From: Trichinella spiralis
Lineage: Eukaryota
Reading direction: 5' to 3'
DNA: 64,000 nt
Assembly: GCF_000181795.1 (NCBI RefSeq)
Contig: NW_003526948.1
Coordinates: 1,534,206 to 1,598,205 of the forward strand
The notes beneath the pieces were generated by a model, which was given only the letters and a program-made list of their open reading frames with translations, was not told the DNA's origin and did no database searches. This document shows positions 1-13,000 of the stretch, piece after piece. The position numbers and the translations under genes were made by a program. Numbering within the stretch: position 1 is the first letter of the stretch; each line of letters opens with the position of its first letter.

Positions 1-1731
1 TCAATTATCGAATGACCGAAAATGAAGGAAATCGACTAGCCAAAACACGAAATATTGCACAAAACTTGGCAATTTCAACGAATACTTCATTATAATGTTG
101 AAAAACTTTCCTATACGAAAATTCAACCACCGTCGATCCGTTTCAACGGATTTTCAAATGGGCCGCTTCCCTGTGTATTAAGATAGGCACATGGCAACTT
201 TAGAGGTCATTTATTCAATACGTACGCGTTTGTTTGCCGAGGAACTTTCCAGAACGTATTAATTTTTTGCAATTTAGTAATATATAACAAAAAAAGAATA
301 ATTTGTGACAAATGCCTACTTTCGAAAATCGCAAAAACAGCAAAGGCTGTAGCCTTGCTTTTTTGAAAAGTCGAAAATTGTAAATTGTTGCAAAAAAGAT
401 TTCAATCGATCCGAAAAAATAAAATAATCACTACAAACCTGGTTCTTACGTTTTTAGGATCCGTATTTTTTGGAGTTATCGATAAAAATGTTCGGTGCTG
501 TTACGATTTTAGTCCCAGTAGCACAGAGCGCTACAACATCTGAACTTTACATAATACAGCATATAATTCCATTCCATTTATATTTATACAGAATTGGCGG
601 CTTATATGCTGCAAGCAATGTTCGTGATTCTAATAGCATTTGTACATGAAATTTCATATTTTTAATACAGACATTTTGAAATTTGAAAAATTGTAATTAC
701 GCAAATTTCATTGATTGCGAGTAATGTAAATATGATAATTAATTACAATGTACAGATCGAATTAAAGTTTTTATTCAGTTTTGCATTATTTCTTTTCTTA
801 AATGACACCGTTGCTATCAAGCAATTTTGCCAAATATCTCCTTAAGTAATCAATGGCATATAGTTGAGAGTATTTGTAATTATTAAGTTTTCAATACTGC
901 TTCCATATATGACGAAACAATTCAATAATACATTTCACTTCCCTGGAGGATTGAAGTATTCCCCACTTTTGAGGAACTTGTAATGAAATTTGTTTAATTG
1001 AATCAGGATTGTCAGTTTTGCGTCCTTTGCATAAAAATACAGGTACATGATGAAATCTGTTGGTTTTGTATTGTAAAGGGATAGAACAGTTTCACATTTT
1101 GATATCGAATAAAATTTGACTTTCAGTGAACAAAATATTACTGCTTATTTTTTTGAATATAATATTTTCTTGTAGATTTTATTTCATTTTCAGTGTAACA
1201 CAGTTCGCTTGGTTATACGGTCATGGAAAGAAGGCGCTGTCAGAAACAAGAACTAATAATAAAGTGATGCCCAACTATGTTGCATTGTTAGGAAAAGAAC
1301 TGTGCTTAAAAGATAGAGTTTGTCGCCAGTCGGCCGCATTTCACTAAGTTGGGCTATTTTGTATAGCTGCATCGAAAGTGTAAAGGAAAATGTTTGACTG
1401 AATTATTTGAGAAAAGAGAAAAAGGAAATAAAAAATAACTGCAGAAATGTGATTAGAAATAGAAATAAATTTGCGGTTGAATTGAAACTGATTGATGCCT
1501 GCTGAGTGGAAATGAAATGTGAAAGTAGAAACCAATTTCATAGCGTCGACAAAGTTTTGAAAAATTGAAAACTAAATAATGGAATAAAAAGCAAAAAAAC
1601 GATAAAGATGATAGAAGTGAAATCAGGTAAACACATAATGAAATAACACTAACCATCAAGTTGGTGACGAAAAGAGTGTTTGGTGAGACAATAATAATGA
1701 CTGAAATAGAGAATAATTTTTTTGTATTCGT

Positions 1732-2844
1732 TTATTGTTTGAGACGAAAACTACGTCGACGCTGCTCGTATCTGGATTCTTTCGGTTTCAAATCTCTAGC
1801 CTGTTGACGGCCATTTTTGCCGCCGAACAGCAGCAAAAAGTAACGCTTACAGACAAGCCGATATTTGACGCTGAAGAAACTGTAGATAAATATGTTGGCC
1901 GAAGAATTGATGCCGACAAGTAAGTTGCTAATTTCAACGGATTTCAAATAGAACACCTCCAATGTGTCGTTGTTGTCCAAAAATGCTTCAATGATGTTGT
2001 TGATGAAGGCAAGCGAGTTGCAAATCAAGAACATGATCACAATGGCAACCAGCATGAGCGTTGTGCGATTTTCGCGCATCTCGCGACGATCGTCGACGTT
2101 GTTGAGCCGAGTGAGCTGGCGCCTCAGGGTGCAAGAATGGCGCAACGATCTGACAATGCATACGCTGACAATGCTCAGCAATATGAACGGTAAGCCGAAC
2201 ATAACGGTGGTGTAGCTGATCATCATGTAGGCGATGTAATAAGTAGGGTTTTGTCTGATTTTCGACGTGATCACATGCACGGCAGTGGTGTTGAAAACGT
2301 TCGACCAGCAGGGCGCGGTCTCGATCTCTGCCCAGCGGGGCATGTTGAACAAAAACGCGAACCCAATTGTACTGCAAAGAACCACTTTCACCTTCTCACT
2401 GGTGCACCAACGTTGGGCGACGAACGGATAGCAGACGCCGAGAAAACGGTGCGTGCTCACCATTAGGGTCATGCCGACGCTCCAAGTTTGACCAATCAGA
2501 GCGATCGCGTACGTCCAACGTTGGGTCAAGCAGGCTAAGTTCATCAACTTCAATATGCCGGATTCTTCACTAATTGCCGGAAGCGATAGCATACAGAACG
2601 CACCCAACAATACGATCAAATCGCTCACCGAGAGCGCAATCAAATACCAATTGACTACACTGCTGCGCATGCTTCGATGCCGAAATACGGCAATGTTAAT
2701 CGAATTAGTGATCAAGCCGAATAAAACAATCGGAATCATACAGGATACCCGAATCACGAAACTAAATCTGTCGTACGGATAATGATTACAACTGTCCATG
2801 TTCAAAATTTCCAAGCTCACATTGACGCCTCTTTCTGACTGCAT
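1732..2844 (-). CDS. Rhodopsin-like (class A) neuropeptide GPCR, FMRFamide-receptor-like family; single coding exon, 370 aa
   Basis: Seven hydrophobic segments. TM1 GLITNSINIAVF; TM2 YLIALSVSDL; TM3 end STHRFLGVCYPF (DRY-equivalent HRF); TM4 FNMPRWAE; TM5 FGLPFILL; TM6 RTTLMLVAIVIMFLICN; TM7 NSSANIFIY. Polypyrimidine-AG acceptors end at 2865 and 2854, just upstream of the ATG. Confidence 0.93.
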   Translation of the reverse strand: MQSERGVNVSLEILNMDSCNHYPYDRFSFVIRVSCMIPIVLFGLITNSINIAVFRHRSMRSSVVNWYLIALSVSDLIVLLGAFCMLSLPAISEESGILKLMNLACLTQRWTYAIALIGQTWSVGMTLMVSTHRFLGVCYPFVAQRWCTSEKVKVVLCSTIGFAFLFNMPRWAEIETAPCWSNVFNTTAVHVITSKIRQNPTYYIAYMMISYTTVMFGLPFILLSIVSVCIVRSLRHSCTLRRQLTRLNNVDDRREMRENRTTLMLVAIVIMFLICNSLAFINNIIEAFLDNNDTLEVFYLKSVEISNLLVGINSSANIFIYSFFSVKYRLVCKRYFLLLFGGKNGRQQARDLKPKESRYEQRRRSFRLKQ

Positions 2845-3366
2845 ATTATTATGCTAGACAGAAGCTAAAAAGAAAAAAACTGCTTTCTTTTTCTTGTTAA
2901 ATAAAAACAAGAGCAACACAAATAACTGAAATAGCGATAATTTCTTTATTACTGATATATTTCACTGCACATACAATCCAATTACAAAGAGAACAATTTG
3001 CCGGTAATCTAATAAAATTGAAATCAAAATCTAAACATCCGCAATTCAATAGAAACAAAATATAAGCACCGCTAATGAGAGAATAAATATGCTTATTTTT
3101 AAATATTTCTAATGATGAAGATTACAATAATTTACATCAAACAACAACAAGTTCAAAAATATGAATTTAAGTTTGTGATATTCTGAATTAAAAGTTGAAA
3201 ATTTTTGTTCAACGGGGCAATATATAAATAATAATGAAAAATGAAAATTTCTTTGAAAAGAAAAAGCATTTTCTTCCTAACAAAGATAAAATTTCTTATA
3301 TAATTTTCTTAAAATTGATCAATATTTTTCTTTTATTTCTTTTAAAAGACAAATAAATATACATCA

Positions 3367-3367
<1 letters not shown>

Positions 3368-3412
<45 letters not shown>
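3368..3412. repeat. Compound microsatellite (CA)n(TA)n
   Basis: Read directly from the sequence. Confidence 0.95.
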
Positions 3413-4596
3413 TTCTGCTCGTTAATTATGATTATGATTTAAAAAATTCATAGATTCTCATAAATTAATTTAAATTTAAAAAATGACAAAAAAACAAAAT
3501 GCATTTCTAAAATGCAATATTGGGTGCAATGAAGTGCTAGTAAACAATGAAACTGCACAATTTCGATGATGAACTGATGAATAAATGAATGAACTGATCG
3601 TATAAAATGTACATAGAAAAAAATCAATTCGCTGAGATCAAAGATGAAAAGAAGATAAGTAAAACACTTCCACAAAACAGAAGCAATCAAAAAGCACATC
3701 CGCTAACGTCAAGTAACAGATGCAAAACTCGGAAAAAATGAAAGAAAAAGAAAGAAAGGTCCCAAAAAGTAAAGGAAATGAAAAAGTAAAATTATTGATG
3801 CGATTAATTTAATCTCAAAATGCCCATGAGATGTAAAACTTTCAGACTTTCAAGCTGTATAATATATCCAGAATGGATCTGCATATGGGAATTGGTTCTG
3901 ATCGCTGTTTCCTATATAAATATATATTTGTTTTATTTATTTGTTTGCTCATTTACTGGAATACCATCTTTTTCTTTCACAATTAATGCAGATCTACTTT
4001 TTCAAGACATGTATTCACAAACATGCTACCATGAAGCGGTATGTTTAAGACTCTCCTCTGCTGCTGAATTATTTGAAATGGCTAGGTGAAAACGTTCGCT
4101 ATTGTAAAAGCTGTCAGAACATGATAAACAACTAAACCTATCAAACAGACTGAATACAATTTGCAATTTTTTCAAAATTAGCAAATAAATCAAACACTAA
4201 AAAATGATGAAATCTGAACTTATACAAACAAACAAATACACAATTATTATCATGAAAACTTATAATTATTTGTTGGAAAAAGTGTGGCAAACTTTAGCTG
4301 AACTTCTCAGATGTTAATAATGTTTATTACAGTTCCCTACATTCAAATACTACAAGCCAACAAACAGCAAAAAAGCATGCGTTGAGAATAAGAAATGAAA
4401 TGATTTGTTGACTGACATGGTAATAACAGATTTAAAAATATGCAAAATTCATTTTCACGCATTATCATGTTAAAGAAATTTAATACGCTAATTTTAATTT
4501 CAGATATTAAATTTATCATTATAAAACAATACATCACTGATCAAGACAATTAATATCACAAATTCATTTATCATATTAATTTCACGCATAATTATA

Positions 4597-4617
4597 AATA
4601 AATAAATAAATAAATAA

Positions 4618-4652
<35 letters not shown>
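4597..4652. repeat. Compound microsatellite (TAAA)n(TA)n
   Basis: Read directly from the sequence. Confidence 0.95.
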
Positions 4653-4654
<2 letters not shown>

Positions 4655-6851
4655 GAAGTGTTGCAATTCGACCTTCTCAAATCACACAATTAAATGAATG
4701 AATGACTGCTTGTTGCACTGGCAAATGACAAACGGTAAAAATAATTTCAATTATTGATCGACGGCATGCGTTGCAATTGTAATAGTTTTGAACAAAATGC
4801 TGAAGGCTCTTCCTTCTTTGTGATCAAATACTGCATTGGAAAAGTTTCAATCGATGCAAGAGGAGTAAGTGATTTTTTGGGAGGAAGTTCTTTGCAAAGC
4901 TGCGTCAACGTGGCGCACACGTTTCTGACTTGCCGTCAAACAGTGTGCCTGTTCAACAAGATGGAGCAATTCGAGAACAGTACAACTCTAACTAACTGCA
5001 CATAAGTATGACACATGTCATGACAATTGAACCAACTGCTAGATAATTACTTGTGAAAATAATAATTAAAGAAGATTTTTATGAAAAAGTTGGTTGCTTT
5101 CTTCTTAATCACATAGCATTGCAAATTTTCACACCACTGCAGAAAAATTTCATCCCAGTCAATCAGCCACAACATTAATTACTCATGTTCACCTTCAGGA
5201 TACTGTATTAGTATTACCACACCTACTACAACAACAACCACAACTAATGCTGCTGCTGTTTAGTTATAAATCAGTTTAAGGTAAAAAAAACATACAAAAG
5301 GAAAAAATCATTCTAACGCAGCAAAAAAAAGGGCAGAAAAAATGAAAATTTTCATGAAATGGTTAAAAGAAATTGTCTCCAAAACTGAAATGTACTGAAA
5401 CTTTTGTTGCAATTTCGAATGAGCAGTTTGCAAAATTATAAATAAGCGAAGCGAATAACTACCCTGTTTTTCTGATATGTCAGATAACCGAACGAGATAA
5501 AGATACAGAACAAGAATAAGATTAAGAAGAAATAGAAAACAAACATTAGGAAGAGATTAAAATGAAAAAAGCAGAAATAATTATTAGCTGACGTGCAGCT
5601 GCTTTGAACAAGAAAAAGCAAAAATGTTAAAGAAGTTGCAAAATTGCTCAACTTCAAATGCCACGACATTTTCCTTCCTTGTGCTCTACTTGCAATCGCT
5701 TGCAACGATATGAGAAGTCAAAAGGCGACTTCTGTTTGTAACAAATTAAAGCCAAATTCAGAAAAATTCCAATGTTCATTTCGGGCGCAATCATGCAAAT
5801 AAACTTAATAAATGCATCTCGGCAAACGCACACGTATCGTATATATTATACATGTGAAGCTATGAAGTATAATGTATAGATATTAATGAGCAATTTATGG
5901 TTCGGTTTCCGAATGTGCTATTGTTATCAACTGATCATCTTCTTCATTCAGATTTATCAACAAATTGTGAAGCTGATAAATAAATGCCTGCAGCATTGTT
6001 ATGCAAGTCCACTGACGCTATTTACCAATCTATCCATCTACACCTACCTATCACTAATGCATGCAAAAGTGAGAATAGACATTTTGAATATGATAATATT
6101 CAAAACAAAAAGAAAATGAGCAAACACACCACAGCAATAAACAAGATAAAGATGAATAATAATAATAATAATAATGTGCCCTATTTTTGCTTTTTGCATC
6201 ATTAAATCAATTTCAACTTGAAATCAATAAATTATCATAAACTTGCCATAGGAAATACAAAATACATTATAATACTGAAAGTGATTATTAAATTAATCGC
6301 TTGAAACACGGTGAATATGAATCATTACTCATGTATTCATCTTCTGCAAACAACAACAATGTCAACAAAAGAAAGCCACCAATGAAATAAATAATAAACA
6401 AGAAAAGAAATGTATGCATACAATAAAACGCATACAGCATCAGTTAGCAATACTGGCCAGTGAAGCAAAAAAAATAATGCAAAAAGTAATTTTTGAACAA
6501 TAAGCCATTATATAATAGATATATAGTTTGTCAATAGCTTATACTATTTCAATTAATAAATAGAATGCAAATTGTTTGTAATAAAATGGAAAGAGAAGAA
6601 TGTTAATAAAGAAAATTACACCAAAATTGCAACTATCCAACTGGAGAAGTACAATAGATAATCAGAATACAAAAGATGAAATGAAAATCAAAGCAACAGA
6701 ATGTCGAACTGCAAACATTCCTCATTAGCAACTGACTATACATTACGCATAGATAAACTAACTAGCTGGCTGACTGAGATGATAAATTTCATTGAAATGT
6801 CTGATAATAATAATAATAATATACATCAGAATAAATAATGCCTGTATAATA

Positions 6852-6870
6852 TAAATAAATAAATAAATAA

Positions 6871-6937
<67 letters not shown>

Positions 6938-6944
6938 TATATAT
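6852..6944. repeat. Compound microsatellite (TAAA)n(TA)n(TG)n
   Basis: Read directly from the sequence; lies just downstream of the 7001 donor. Confidence 0.95.
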
Positions 6945-7071
6945 CAGTATTTCTTGTGCTTGTATTAAGTTTAAAATGTCGAAAAAATAATTCATACTTA
7001 CCTGAATGTTGAAAAGAGATGCGAAACGAAGAATATAGAAAAGCAACAGAAAGAAGAAAAACAGAAGAAAA

Positions 7072-10000
7072 TCAGTGGAGAGAAGTTGGTTCAATGAAAA
7101 ACTGCTGCGCTTGTCGCTTACGAATGTCGACTATCCAGTGACGATAGTGTTCCTTCAGCTGCTTCCAAACGTTCATGTAAGTCGAATGAGCAGATTTGAA
7201 ATTTTCATAAATGACACCCCCCAATGGCGACTGACCGCTGCTGTGAGAATGCTCGACCGATGCTATCAGCCGACCGATGCTTAAACTTTGAACCGCCAAC
7301 CGACGGCGGCAAACTGCACTACAACGTCCGCCACTGCCGAAACGGCTCCGGCTGAGCTTCGTCGACCCTTGCAAATAGCCGTCGACCAAAATTTCAGCTC
7401 TACTCAATCCACAAAACCAAACTGAACCTAATTCAATGCAAAATAGAATAATTTAAACAAAAAATAAGATTTTTTCATATTTTTTTCAAAATTTAAATAA
7501 CACATTAAAAACTGCGGTAACTGCACAGCAACAGAATTACCGTAAGTATTTCCTTTTCCTCCAAGGTCGCGTTTATTCATTGCAAATAATAATGAAATTT
7601 ATAAATACAAATTTATAAGCAAATAAAAAGATACTTCTAGATAATAAATGGATAGGCTCGTTTGCTTTTAAGTCACCTTTAAATATTCACAGCTAATTTT
7701 ATAAGAATAATCTTGCAACGTTGCCGTACTCACTGGTCGAGCAAGGCTTGCGTTGCCTCCTAGAAAGAGGCTTTTGTCGACAACTGGAACCACTACTCAG
7801 CGAATAATCCTGCATGTCAGAGAAATGAAATTTCGGTTCGTGAAAAGTGTACTCTTGATGATCACTTTGAAAGCCAAAATTTCGTTCCACAATTGCCCGA
7901 CGAAGAGCAGCCTCTGAATAGGGGCACCTGCAAATTTTATTCTTATCCGCTACTGGTTGTTTGTCTTGCTTTTTTTCAATTTCTCATTAGTTCACATTCG
8001 ATATCCCAAAATTTTGATTAAAATTACATTCATTTACTTTCCCAATATTACACTGCTCAGGTAAATCGGTTGCAACAGAAAAGCTGACGCCAGGCAGCCT
8101 TGTATGCCCATTACTGACCACTTCGCTATTTTGTCACTACACGACATTGACAGTGTGGGCTCGCCTAACAAGCAATAAATAACACAATAAATTACTTATT
8201 TATTTATTTATTTGTGCATTTGCTGTTCAGCAAAAAATTTTAATTTAACAACAACTCTTCTTCTCATGAAATAAAGCTGATAAAAGGAGGATTAAAATTG
8301 TAAAAAATCAATCAATCGATCGATCAATTTCACAAATCAATAACAGCAATAATTTCATTCATTGTAATGATGAAAAAGAAAGCTCATTGATTTGCTTAAT
8401 AAAATAAATATAAATCGCATCATAAGATAAAAAAATTATAATAAAAATAAAAGCAGCAAATAATATATATATATATATATATATATTTCATTTACTACAG
8501 AGCAGGCATAAAAAACTGAGCAAAAGAAAAAAATTCAATTTTTCTTGACTACACCAATTTAATAATTATTACTTATATAATGGAATTTGTTGAAATTACC
8601 AAACTGAAATTCATTACTGCACGAATAATTAATAAAATCCTAAGCTCGAAATACTTGAGCAATGCCGTCCAGTATAAGCAGGATATATTGGATTAGTACA
8701 ATAAAGCACAGCTTAGGTTTAGTCAGCATCTAGTTTTGTAGTATTGGTGAAATTGCTCATTTGTAAAATTAACGCCTGTTTTCTTGATGAAATGCAATTT
8801 TGCAATCAGCTTAAAAGAAGAAGGCCGCTTTTTGAGAAACACATTTTCTAACACATGCGCAATGATAAAACACCGAACTGACACAAATAGTCGATTAAAA
8901 AATTGTCATCGAAAATCACGTTCCAACCAATGCATGCTTTGTTCGAATGCTCTGCCTTTGCTTGGCTAGCTGTGCTTTGCACTCGAACAAGCGAGAAGTA
9001 AAATTCATTGAAATAACACTTTCAACTATTAATAATTGGATTAAAGTTTAACAAACATGCAACAAATGAACAACCATAAAATAATGCAACCAATCTATCG
9101 ACGACAAGTCCTCTTCACAGATGTAAAATTGAAAAAAGAAAAACACAAAAACAACAGCAACAACAACAACAACAACGATAATAATAATATTATTATTACT
9201 AAAAAAAAATATAATCCGTACATTGCATATATGGTGCTGATAACGAGTATGCAATTCGCGTGTGTAGCTGCAATAATATTCCACGTTCAGTGTGTAGTAG
9301 AATGTGCTTCATCGATATATTTTATCATTGATTGAAATAGAAGCATGCACACACACACACACACACACACACAAAGATATAGATAAGCAAATAGCAAATT
9401 TATTTAAACATATTTGTGGTAAACTAATACACGCAGATGGCCATCACTGGCCAGTGGTCAACGATGAAGCATCATTGGAAACTGAAAACTGCCAACCACT
9501 TTAATAACTACTTATTGCGCAAAGCTTCAGGCAAAACCACCACTACTGCCATTTTACCGACAAAGTTGCAATGACAAAATTAATATCAATGCAATGCACT
9601 GCACTGCGTGCATGCACAGTTTTTCCTTCCATTGATCTAAACTGAATGCTAAAGGAGAAAAATTTTTTCTTTCTCACTCTCACTCGCTCAACTCAACCTC
9701 AACAGTTTTCACCAACAATATTGGCATGATTAGTCATCATTGTTGTTGACTTGTTTTATTTTCTTCAATTCATATTTTTCAGTGGTACTATCATAATAAT
9801 AAATAATTACATCTACACACACATCCATACATACACGCACAATTATCCTACGACTCCATATTGTACATACAAATCATAAAACACCCCTACCCCCCATTAT
9901 AAACAAGTTAATCAAAATTTTACATGAACCATCACAAAGAAAAAATGCAACAACGCAAAAATGAAGATAACAAAAAAAGTTAAGAAAATTTTAAATAAAT

Positions 10001-13000
10001 AAGATAATTATAAAAAGTCACACAGCATCATCATAATTAGAATTATTACAGTGCACAACTGAAAAATAATTCCTATAAAACAAAAATTACGAATCACTTC
10101 AACACCATATATCTATATTATAGAGATATTTCATTCTTCTTTTTTTGTTTCAAAAGAAATAATAAAAAAAGAATAAATTTTAAAATACCCTGCTCGACAA
10201 ACTAAATACAATGAAAAAAATCAGAAATGAATGATCGCTATTGTAATTTTTGAAAAAACAGTGAAGAGAGGAATGATTATAAGAAATATTTTCAATATTT
10301 ATTCAGAAAACAATTCATTTTAAAGAATATCACGATTTAAAATGAAAATAATACAACAATGCTATAAAATAACAAAAGAATAGAATAATTCACTTACAAT
10401 AAAAATAACACAAACAAATTGGCCATAATTCACCTTTTGGCAGTCGCAGCGGATTAGCGTAATTCGATTACAACAGATCTTGATGTTGAATAGTTGAAAG
10501 AAAAATATTTTCTTGCATTTATAAGTTCACCACCACCAAACCCGGATCATAATAATAAATATTATTATGCTACGAGTATTAACAATAAGCAGATGAAAAA
10601 GCAGTTGAACTTTAATAAAACAAAATAAAAATAACCTGAGCAGTATTTTAAGCCAACTTCTCAACTTCATACATGGACACATTTATTTTATTGTTGAAAA
10701 TTGGTTATTGCATTATTCATTCTTACCAATCAATCAATCAGTCAATCAATCAATGAAAATTAATATCTGAAAATTATTTTCCATCCGTATCAAAATGCAA
10801 ATGCCTTAATTACATCAGCATCAATAAGCAAAGGTTAAAAATTCATCAATCAAAACAACAAGTGAAAATAATGCTCATCCATGAAAATTAAAAATATCGA
10901 CAAGATGTCAAATAAATTAGTAAATAAAATAATGCCAAAATTAATTCGCATCTACAAAAGATACATATGTATAAACAGATATTGCTAACCAAAACGGAGA
11001 AACTGATGTAATCAATGAATAACAACACCTTCAAAGTAATATTAATATTTGAGAAATTGCAAATCTCAAACATCTTTCATTTTGTACAATGCAATTTCAC
11101 TAATTTATTCATCTATTTATTTTATTATTTGGCAGATTATTATTATTAAAGATTGTTGCCCAGAGAAAAATTACCTTTGAATTTACAATCTTTTTGCCGT
11201 TAAAAACAGCACAAAAATCTCCATCTTCACTCATCATTTGACATGATGAAACAACGTTTTACATATCAATTTGTTTAGAAGAGAAAAAGATGTAATTATT
11301 CTGCCAAAATGCAATTGTTGCAAGTCCAAAAGTGAAAATCCAAATCTCATCTTTAAATATATACATGCATGTAGATGAATAGAAAGAAAATCTGTAATAA
11401 ATAAAGCTAACATTTGCAAACTGTGCAAAATAATCAACCTATCACTTCATTCGACTAACCAAAACAAAAAAATATTCCATCTGTATCATTAGGTTTCATA
11501 GATGCGCATTATATTTTCATTTTCTACGCACACACACACACACACACACACAGACATACACACACACATATATATATATATATATGTATGAATATATACA
11601 TATCTTTTTTTTGCTTTATCCCCCCCCCCCACTCTCTTGAAATCGTGGGGTAAAATGATCGCGGTGCACGTTTTCAAAAATATAATTTGTAAGTTTAAAT
11701 GAAAAATTAGATTGCTGGTGGTAAAATATGTGGTGAAATCGATGGCGATGAAAAATGAAGGAAGCTGATTAACAGCACAAAGTGCACAATAATCAAGCAT
11801 GACCGATGTCAAGCGCAAAAACGAAATTTAACGCGTTTTGCTAAAACAGACAAAAATCCGTTCAACAGATTCAAGAATACCACACTTTGCATAGAGAATT
11901 TTCCATAAATGATGATAATTATGAGCAGATATAACAATGCTACTACTGTTGCTAACTACAGTCGCTACACAACTACAGAATCTTCTACCATACCAGCAGT
12001 TCTGGTAGTAATGGTATGTATTGAAAAATTATGTCGCCACTTAGAACAGACAGAAAAATCAATATCTTAAACTAACAAGTTAAGTGCTGCAAATTTAACC
12101 AATGCTCCAGTGATTAAATCAATGCTTTTATATATTTGAAAGTAACGAAAATATAAAAAGAAGAAAACAAATTTATTACAATTATCATTATTATTTACTA
12201 CTCTTTTAAACGCAATCATAATTTGACGTTTTTTCCAACTAAACAAATGTTCAGTCTTAAAAAGAAAAAAATAATAATGCAAAAATTGTGCAACAGCTAT
12301 TTAACATAATTTTTCGAATATTTTACAAATTGTTGTTAGATTTTCAAAAAAATTATTAATCACAAAAAACACGCTTTGAATAAATGGCATTGCAATTATT
12401 ATGAACATTGAAACAGAAATTGGAAAGAATAATTCATTTTCAACTAAAGCCGAATGATTTGAACAATAGAAAAAATATCACCAATAAATAAACAAAAACT
12501 ATTCAATCTGATGTATGAATTTAAACAAAAAAAAGCTCTCAAAAATATTAATTACAAAATTATTTTCAGTCTTATACAAGAGAGAAGAATAAAAATCGAA
12601 ATTTTGAAAAATTACTGCAACATGCGTGTAATCAGTAGCAGTTAATCACAACCGAATGCATCAAATGTTGCTCAAATTAATAATTATAATTATTCAAATA
12701 AACAATAAATAACACACAAATACTGTATATAGGATATTCATGTAGATATGGCATACCGATTGTAAAATACATTTTGTTCATTTTTTAGTCAGTTTTGCAT
12801 TTTAACAATTTCCAAAATGAAATAAATATACAATAACTGTGGATTTATAAAAATTTCAACCACATCGATTACCAAAAATATAAAGAAGATAGACTGGAAA
12901 CAGAACAACAGAAAACGTACTACATACATCAGCAGAGTAGCAGATGGTATGGAGAAAATTGGATGGACGAAACTTTTATCCAAGTCAATCAGTAATAAAT

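Noticed and set aside
1..1659. Short ORFs and exon-like pieces at the left edge (e.g. 1126-1347 +, acceptor at 1193)
   Set aside because: I could not assemble a phase-consistent gene with any recognisable motif. The region may be UTR or promoter of a gene outside the window.
1735..2782. Several ORFs overlapping the GPCR on both strands
   Set aside because: Shadow frames of a GC-rich coding sequence.
3448..7094. Hydrophobic F/L/I-rich ORFs
   Set aside because: Artefacts of T-rich and microsatellite DNA with no domain signal.
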